DNA of 31,081 nt, taken from the IMG/VR virus record IMGVR_UViG_2526164667_000037, one strand, 5' to 3'. Of the stretch, positions 25,546 to 31,081 are shown piece by piece. The notes under the pieces were generated by a model that saw only the letters and a program-made list of their open reading frames with translations, did not search any database and was not told where the DNA came from. Position 1 is the first letter of the stretch, and every line of letters starts with the position of its first letter. The DNA is from a virus (Duplodnaviria; Heunggongvirae; Uroviricota; Caudoviricetes). A program made the translations under genes and the position numbers.

Positions 25546-27985
25546 CAATGTAAAATTACAGGTATTGCTCAGGGCTGTTGACCAGGCATCCCGCCCGTTT
25601 AAATCCATCCGCACAGCGAGTAAGTCGCTGTCGGGGGATATCCGGGAAACACAAAAATCACTGCGCGAGCTGAACGGTCACGCATCCCGTATTGAGGGAT
25701 TCCGCAAGACCAGTGCACAGCTCGCCGTGACTGGTCAGGAACTGAAAAAAGCCAGACAGGAAGCCGCAGCTCTGGCTGTCCAGTTTAAAAATACTGAACG
25801 ACCGACAAATGCACAGGCAAAGGCAATGGAAGCCGCGCGTAAAAATGCGTCTGAGTTACAGGTGAAATATAACAGCCTGAGATTGTCGGTACAGCGCCAG
25901 CGTCAGGAATTGAGTCAGGCGGGTATTAATACCCGTAATCTGGCGCATGATGAACGAGGGCTGAAAAAACGTATCAGTGAAACCACCGCACAGCTTAACC
26001 GTCAACGTGACGCGCTGGCACGTGTCAGTGCGCAACAGGTAAAACTTAACGCAGTAAAACAGCGTTATCAAGCCGGAAAGGAACTGGCCGGAAATATGGC
26101 CTCGGTGGGCGCTGCCAGTGTGGGGATTGCGGCGGCGGGAACGATGGCCGGAGTTAAGCTGCTGATGCCCGGTTATGAGTTTGCGCAGAAAAACTCAGAA
26201 TTGCAGGCCGTGCTCGGAGTGGCAAAAGATTCCGCCGAAATGGCAGCACTACGCAAACAGGCGCGCCAGCTCGGCGACAATACCGCCGCCTCAGCGGATG
26301 ATGCGGCCGGTGCACAGATAATCATCGCGAAAGCGGGTGGGGATGTTGATGCCATTCAGGCGGCAACGCCGGTCACGCTGAATATGGCGCTGGCGAACCG
26401 CCGCACGATGGAAGAAAACGCCGCCCTGCTGATGGGGATGAAATCCGCCTTTCAGCTTTCAAACGATAAGGTCGCTCATATCGGGGATGTTCTCTCCATG
26501 ACGATGAACAAAACCGCCGCCGATTTTGACGGCATGAGCGATGCGCTGACCTATGCCGCACCTGTGGCAAAAAATGCCGGTGTCAGCATTGAAGAAACCG
26601 CCGCAATGGTCGGGGCGCTGCATGATGCAAAAATCACAGGCTCAATGGCGGGGACGGGAAGCCGTGCCGTGTTAAGCCGCCTGCAGGCACCGACGGGAAA
26701 AGCATGGGATGCACTCAAAGAGCTTGGCGTGAAAACCTCAGATAGTAAGGGGAATACCCGACCAATATTTACCATTCTGAAAGAAATGCAGGCCAGTTTT
26801 GAGAAAAATCGGCTCGGTACTGCCCAGCAGGCGGAATACATGAAAACTATTTTCGGGGAGGAGGCCAGCTCAGCCGCCGCCGTGCTGATGACTGCCGCCT
26901 CAACCGGAAAGCTGGACAAACTGACCGCTGCGTTTAAAGCCTCAGACGGGAAGACTGCCGAGCTGGTAAATATCATGCAGGACAACCTCGGCGGTGACTT
27001 TAAGGAGTTTCAGTCCGCTTATGAGGCGGTAGGGACAGACCTGTTTGACCAGCAGGAAGGCGCACTGCGTAAGCTCACACAGACGGCCACAAAGTATGTG
27101 TTAAAACTCGACGGCTGGATCCAGAAAAACAAATCACTGGCGTCAACCATCGGCCTCATTGTCGGTGGCGCGCTGGCGCTTACTGGCATCATCGGTGCCA
27201 TTGGTCTTGTAGCCTGGCCGGTTATCACCGGCATCAATGCCATTATCGCGGCAGCAGGCGCAATGGGGGCAATCTTCACGACGGTTGGTAGTGCTGTTAT
27301 GACGGCCATCGGGGCGATTAGCTGGCCGGTTGTGGCCGTGGTGGCCGCCATTGTCGCCGGGGCGTTGCTTATCCGTAAATACTGGGAGCCTGTCAGCGCA
27401 TTCTTTGGCGGTGTGGTTGAAGGGCTGAAAACGGCATTTGCGCCGGTGGGGGAACTGTTCACGCCACTTAAGCCGGTGTTTGACTGGCTGGGCGAAAAGT
27501 TACAGGCCGCGTGGCAGTGGTTTAAAAACCTGATTGCCCCGGTCAAAGCCACCCAGGACACCCTGAACCGTTGCCGTGATACGGGCGTCATGTTCGGGCA
27601 GGCACTGGCTGACGCGCTGATGCTGCCGCTTAATGCGTTCAACAAACTGCGCAGCGGTATTGACTGGGTACTGGAAAAGCTCGGGGTCATCAACAAAGAG
27701 TCAGACACACTTGACCAGACCGCCGCCAGAACTCATGCCGCCACGTATGGCACCGGTGGTTATATTCCGGCGACCAGCTCTTATGCAGGCTATCAGGCTT
27801 ATCAGCCAGTCACGGCACCGGCTGGCCGCTCTTATGTGGACCAGAGTAAAAACGAATATCACATCAGCCTGACGGGTGGTACTGCGCCGGGGACACAGCT
27901 TGACCGCCAGTTACAGGATGCGCTCGAAAAATACGAGCGGGATAAACGTGCGCGTGCCCGTGCCAGCATGATGCATGACGGTTAA
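25538..27985 (+). CDS. T: Tail tape measure protein (815 aa)
   Basis: Length and position as P2 T; long alpha-helical protein with Ala/Gly-rich TM-like central block. Confidence 0.95.
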   Translation: MSNNVKLQVLLRAVDQASRPFKSIRTASKSLSGDIRETQKSLRELNGHASRIEGFRKTSAQLAVTGQELKKARQEAAALAVQFKNTERPTNAQAKAMEAARKNASELQVKYNSLRLSVQRQRQELSQAGINTRNLAHDERGLKKRISETTAQLNRQRDALARVSAQQVKLNAVKQRYQAGKELAGNMASVGAASVGIAAAGTMAGVKLLMPGYEFAQKNSELQAVLGVAKDSAEMAALRKQARQLGDNTAASADDAAGAQIIIAKAGGDVDAIQAATPVTLNMALANRRTMEENAALLMGMKSAFQLSNDKVAHIGDVLSMTMNKTAADFDGMSDALTYAAPVAKNAGVSIEETAAMVGALHDAKITGSMAGTGSRAVLSRLQAPTGKAWDALKELGVKTSDSKGNTRPIFTILKEMQASFEKNRLGTAQQAEYMKTIFGEEASSAAAVLMTAASTGKLDKLTAAFKASDGKTAELVNIMQDNLGGDFKEFQSAYEAVGTDLFDQQEGALRKLTQTATKYVLKLDGWIQKNKSLASTIGLIVGGALALTGIIGAIGLVAWPVITGINAIIAAAGAMGAIFTTVGSAVMTAIGAISWPVVAVVAAIVAGALLIRKYWEPVSAFFGGVVEGLKTAFAPVGELFTPLKPVFDWLGEKLQAAWQWFKNLIAPVKATQDTLNRCRDTGVMFGQALADALMLPLNAFNKLRSGIDWVLEKLGVINKESDTLDQTAARTHAATYGTGGYIPATSSYAGYQAYQPVTAPAGRSYVDQSKNEYHISLTGGTAPGTQLDRQLQDALEKYERDKRARARASMMHDG

Positions 27986-27999
27986 GGAGGTGACGAAAA

Positions 28000-28479
28000 A
28001 TGATGCTCGCGTTAGGTATGTTTGTTTTTATGCGCCAGACGCTGCCACACCAGACCATGCAGCGTGAATCAGATTATCGCTGGCCGTCAAATTCCCGTAT
28101 CGGTAAACGGGATGCCTTTCAGTTTCTCGGTGTGGGTGAGGAAAACATGACGCTTGCCGGCGTGCTTTATCCCGAACTGACCGGCGGGAAGCTGACGATG
28201 ACCACGCTCAGGCTGATGGCAGAGGAAGGCCGGGCGTGGCCGTTGCTAGATGGCACCGGCATGATTTACGGCATGTATGTCATCAGCAGGGTGAGTGAAA
28301 CAGGGAGTATTTTCTTTGCAGACGGCACACCCCGGAAAATTGATTTTACGCTGTCGCTCACCCGGGTGGATGAATCACTGGCCGCGCTTTATGGCGATAT
28401 CGGTAAACAGGCGGAGTCGCTCATCGGTAAGGCTGGCAGTATGGCGACTAAATTCACGGGTATGACGGGGGCGGGATAA
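28000..28479 (+). CDS. U: Tail protein U (159 aa)
   Basis: Length and position as P2 U. Confidence 0.9.
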   Translation: MMLALGMFVFMRQTLPHQTMQRESDYRWPSNSRIGKRDAFQFLGVGEENMTLAGVLYPELTGGKLTMTTLRLMAEEGRAWPLLDGTGMIYGMYVISRVSETGSIFFADGTPRKIDFTLSLTRVDESLAALYGDIGKQAESLIGKAGSMATKFTGMTGAG

Positions 28480-29642
28480 TGCTGGATGCGCTGACATTTG
28501 ATGCAGGCAGTACGCTGACGCCGGATTACATGCTGATGCTCGACAGCAGGGATATTACCGGCAATATCAGCGACCGTCTGATGAGCATGACTCTGACGGA
28601 TAACCGGGGCTTTGAGGCTGACCAGCTTGATATTGAACTGAACGATGCCGACGGGCAGGTCGGACTGCCGGTTCGTGGCGCTGTCCTGACGGTGTATATC
28701 GGCTGGAAAGGTTTTGCCCTGGTATGCAAAGGGAAATTTACCGTTGATGAGGTTGAACACCGGGGCGCACCGGATGTGGTCACCATCCGCGCCCGGAGTG
28801 CAGATTTTCGCGGGACGCTCAATTCCCGCCGTGAAGGCTCCTGGCATGACACCACGCTCGGTGCGATTGTTGAGGCGATAGCCTCCCGTAACAGGCTGGA
28901 AGCCAGTGTCGCGCCGTCACTGGCCGGAATTAAAATCCCGCACATCGACCAGTCGCAGGAGTCTGATGCGAAATTCCTGACCCGCCTTGCTGAACGCAAC
29001 GGCGGTGAGGTGTCGGTAAAAATGGGAAAACTGTTGTTTCTCAAAGCGGGGCAGGGGGTGACGGCCAGCGGTAAAAAAATCCCGCAGATTACCATCACCC
29101 GCAGCGACGGTGACCGTCATCATTTTGCGATTGCTGACCGTGGAGCCTATACCGGCGTAACGGCAAAGTGGCTTCACACCAAAGACCCGAAGCCGCAAAA
29201 GCAGAAGGTAAAACTGAAACGCAAAAAGAAAGAGAAACACCTGCGCGCACTGGAGCACCCGAAAGCGAAACCAGTCACGCAGAAGAAAGCGCCAAAAGTA
29301 CCGGAAGCGCGCGAAGGTGAATACATGGCCGGTGAGGCTGACAACGTTTTTGCCCTGACCACGGTATATGCCACGAAAGCACAGGCCATGCGCGCCGCTC
29401 AGGCGAAGTGGGATAAACTGCAACGGGGTGTTGCGGAGTTCTCCATCAGCCTGGCTACTGGTCGGGCAGATATTTACACGGAAACGCCGGTCAAAGTGTC
29501 AGGCTTTAAGCGCGTCATAGACGAGCAGGACTGGACAATCACTAAGGTGACACATTTTCTGAATAATAGCGGCTTCACGACGTCCTTGGAGCTTGAGGTC
29601 AGGCTTTCTGATGTGGAGTACGAAACAGAAGATGATGAGTGA
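28479..29642 (+). CDS. D: Tail protein D (387 aa)
   Basis: Length and position as P2 D. Confidence 0.9.
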   Translation: MLDALTFDAGSTLTPDYMLMLDSRDITGNISDRLMSMTLTDNRGFEADQLDIELNDADGQVGLPVRGAVLTVYIGWKGFALVCKGKFTVDEVEHRGAPDVVTIRARSADFRGTLNSRREGSWHDTTLGAIVEAIASRNRLEASVAPSLAGIKIPHIDQSQESDAKFLTRLAERNGGEVSVKMGKLLFLKAGQGVTASGKKIPQITITRSDGDRHHFAIADRGAYTGVTAKWLHTKDPKPQKQKVKLKRKKKEKHLRALEHPKAKPVTQKKAPKVPEAREGEYMAGEADNVFALTTVYATKAQAMRAAQAKWDKLQRGVAEFSISLATGRADIYTETPVKVSGFKRVIDEQDWTITKVTHFLNNSGFTTSLELEVRLSDVEYETEDDE

Positions 29643-29723
29643 TGTTTTTATTTTATCTGTTTGTTTTATAAGGATAAATTAACTAAAATGGCACCATCAA
29701 CAAAACCGGAAGAGGTGCTCGCG

Positions 29724-29942
29724 ATGTTTCATTGTCCTTTATGCCAGCATGCCGCACATGCGCGTACAAGCCGCTATATCACTGACACGACAAAAGAGCG
29801 TTATCACCAGTGTCAGAACGTGAATTGCAGCGCCACGTTCATCACTTATGAGTCGGTACAGCGATACATCGTGAAGCCGGGAGAAGTCCACGCCGTAAGG
29901 CCGCATCCGTTGCCGTCAGGGCAGCAAATTATGTGGATGTGA
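29724..29942 (+). CDS. ogr: Late gene transcription activator Ogr (zinc finger), 72 aa
   Basis: MFHCPLCQHAAHARTSRYITDTTKERYHQCQNVNCSATF... with four-Cys zinc finger; matches P2 Ogr as I recall it; the upstream ORF extension from 29661 is rejected. Confidence 0.95.
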   Translation: MFHCPLCQHAAHARTSRYITDTTKERYHQCQNVNCSATFITYESVQRYIVKPGEVHAVRPHPLPSGQQIMWM

Positions 29943-29946
29943 TCAC

Positions 29947-29978
29947 AAAAATAGCCCCTCACTTGAGGGGCTATTTTT
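29947..29978. terminator. Rho-independent terminator after ogr (bidirectional-looking)
   Basis: Perfect 14-bp stem AAAAATAGCCCCTC / GAGGGGCTATTTTT with 4-nt loop; A-run on one side and T-run on the other. Confidence 0.8.
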
Positions 29979-30070
29979 ATGGTCGATGTGGACGCTATGT
30001 GGACAGCGGTTGACATAAATCCATTTATATCATCAGGTTAGGTGCTTTTTTGTGACACCATCCCTGTCTT

Positions 30071-30097
30071 CCCCCACATGATGTGGGGGTTTTTTTT
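30071..30097 (+). terminator. Strong rho-independent terminator upstream of fieF
   Basis: CCCCCACA (30071-30078), loop TGA, TGTGGGGG (30082-30089), followed by eight T (30090-30097). Confidence 0.8.
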
Positions 30098-30178
30098 ATC
30101 CTCAATTTGCCTGCTGCTTAATGCATTGCAGATGATTTGCTTCCGTTATACTAGCGTCAGTTGATAGCGGGAGTATTT

Positions 30179-31081
30179 ATGAATCAATCTTATGGACGGC
30201 TGGTCAGTCGGGCGGCGATTGCTGCGACGGCGATGGCTTCGTTGCTATTGCTGATTAAAATTTTTGCATGGTGGTATACCGGGTCGGTGAGTATTCTCGC
30301 CGCGCTGGTGGATTCGCTGGTGGATATCGGCGCGTCGTTGACGAATTTACTGGTGGTGCGATATTCCCTGCAACCTGCCGACGATAATCACTCGTTTGGT
30401 CACGGTAAAGCAGAGTCCCTCGCGGCGCTGGCGCAAAGTATGTTTATCTCCGGTTCGGCACTATTCCTGTTTTTGACGGGTATTCAACATCTGATATCTC
30501 CAACACCGATGACAGATCCAGGCGTCGGGGTTATCGTGACAATTGTGGCGCTAATTTGTACGATTATCCTTGTCTCGTTTCAGCGTTGGGTGGTGCGCCG
30601 GACGCAAAGCCAGGCGGTGCGGGCTGATATGCTACATTACCAGTCTGATGTTATGATGAACGGCGCAATTCTGCTGGCGCTGGGGTTGTCCTGGTACGGC
30701 TGGCATCGCGCCGATGCTCTGTTTGCATTGGGAATCGGCATCTATATTTTATATAGCGCGTTACGCATGGGATATGAGGCGGTACAGTCATTACTGGATC
30801 GCGCATTGCCTGATGAGGAACGGCAAGAAATTATTGATATCGTGACTTCCTGGCCGGGTGTTAGCGGCGCTCACGATCTTCGCACGCGGCAGTCAGGGCC
30901 GACCCGCTTTATTCAGATTCATTTGGAAATGGAAGACTCTCTGCCTTTGGTTCAGGCACATATGGTGGCGGATCAGGTAGAGCAGGCTATTTTACGGCGT
31001 TTTCCGGGATCGGATGTAATTATCCATCAGGACCCCTGTTCCGTCGTACCCAGGGAGGGTAAACGGTCTATGCTTTCATAA
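30179..31081 (+). CDS. fieF: Cation-diffusion-facilitator family ferrous-iron/zinc efflux transporter (300 aa), host gene
   Basis: Start [35 protein letters not shown] at 30179 with GGGAG RBS; sequence matches E. coli FieF (YiiP) as I recall it; full length, stop at 31079-31081. Confidence 0.9.

Larger units (their letters stand above)
1..29978. mobile_element. P2-like prophage, complete from int to ogr; attL lies left of the window, right junction within 29943-30178
   Basis: Gene order int-C-cox-B-A-[variable slot]-cos-Q-P-O-N-M-L-X-Y-K-lysA/B/C-R-S-V-W-J-I-H-tfa-[invertase]-FI-FII-E/E'-T-U-D-ogr; most protein lengths equal P2 as I recall them; the host gene fieF follows. Confidence 0.95.

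Noticed and set aside
26551-27708. 144-aa and 229-aa reverse ORFs inside the tape measure gene
   Set aside because: Antisense shadow ORFs in a long GC-rich gene
30126-30152. Possible fieF promoter (TTGCAG ... TATACT)
   Set aside because: The -10 is plausible but the spacer to the best -35 is only 15 bp; too weak to annotate
1-31081. CRISPR arrays, tRNA or rRNA genes
   Set aside because: No regularly spaced direct repeats and no tRNA-like or rRNA-like sequence were seen

Overview
This 31 kb window is almost entirely a P2-like (Peduovirus-type) prophage in an Escherichia-type chromosome. It reads from the integrase end (int stop codon at 1-3, so attL is off-window) through the immunity and replication genes, a variable slot, cos, the complete head-lysis-tail late gene set and ogr, then about 240 bp of junction and terminator sequence and the host gene fieF (30179-31081). 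The backbone is collinear with phage P2 and most predicted proteins have exactly the P2 lengths as I recall them (no search was run). Three modules are not canonical P2: (1) a heteroimmune C/cox immunity region; (2) the slot between gene A and cos, which in P2 holds tin/old and here holds an ASCH-like gene, a small ORF, a strong hairpin and an AT-rich two-gene cassette (128-aa protein plus 118-aa two-helix membrane protein) that I cannot assign to any named family; (3) the tail-fibre region, which carries a Gin/Pin/Cin-family serine invertase and an invertible segment whose two 26-bp crossover sites I located in the sequence. The two-gene cassette is the best candidate for an undescribed prophage-borne defence or exclusion system. 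No rRNA, tRNA or CRISPR array was seen.
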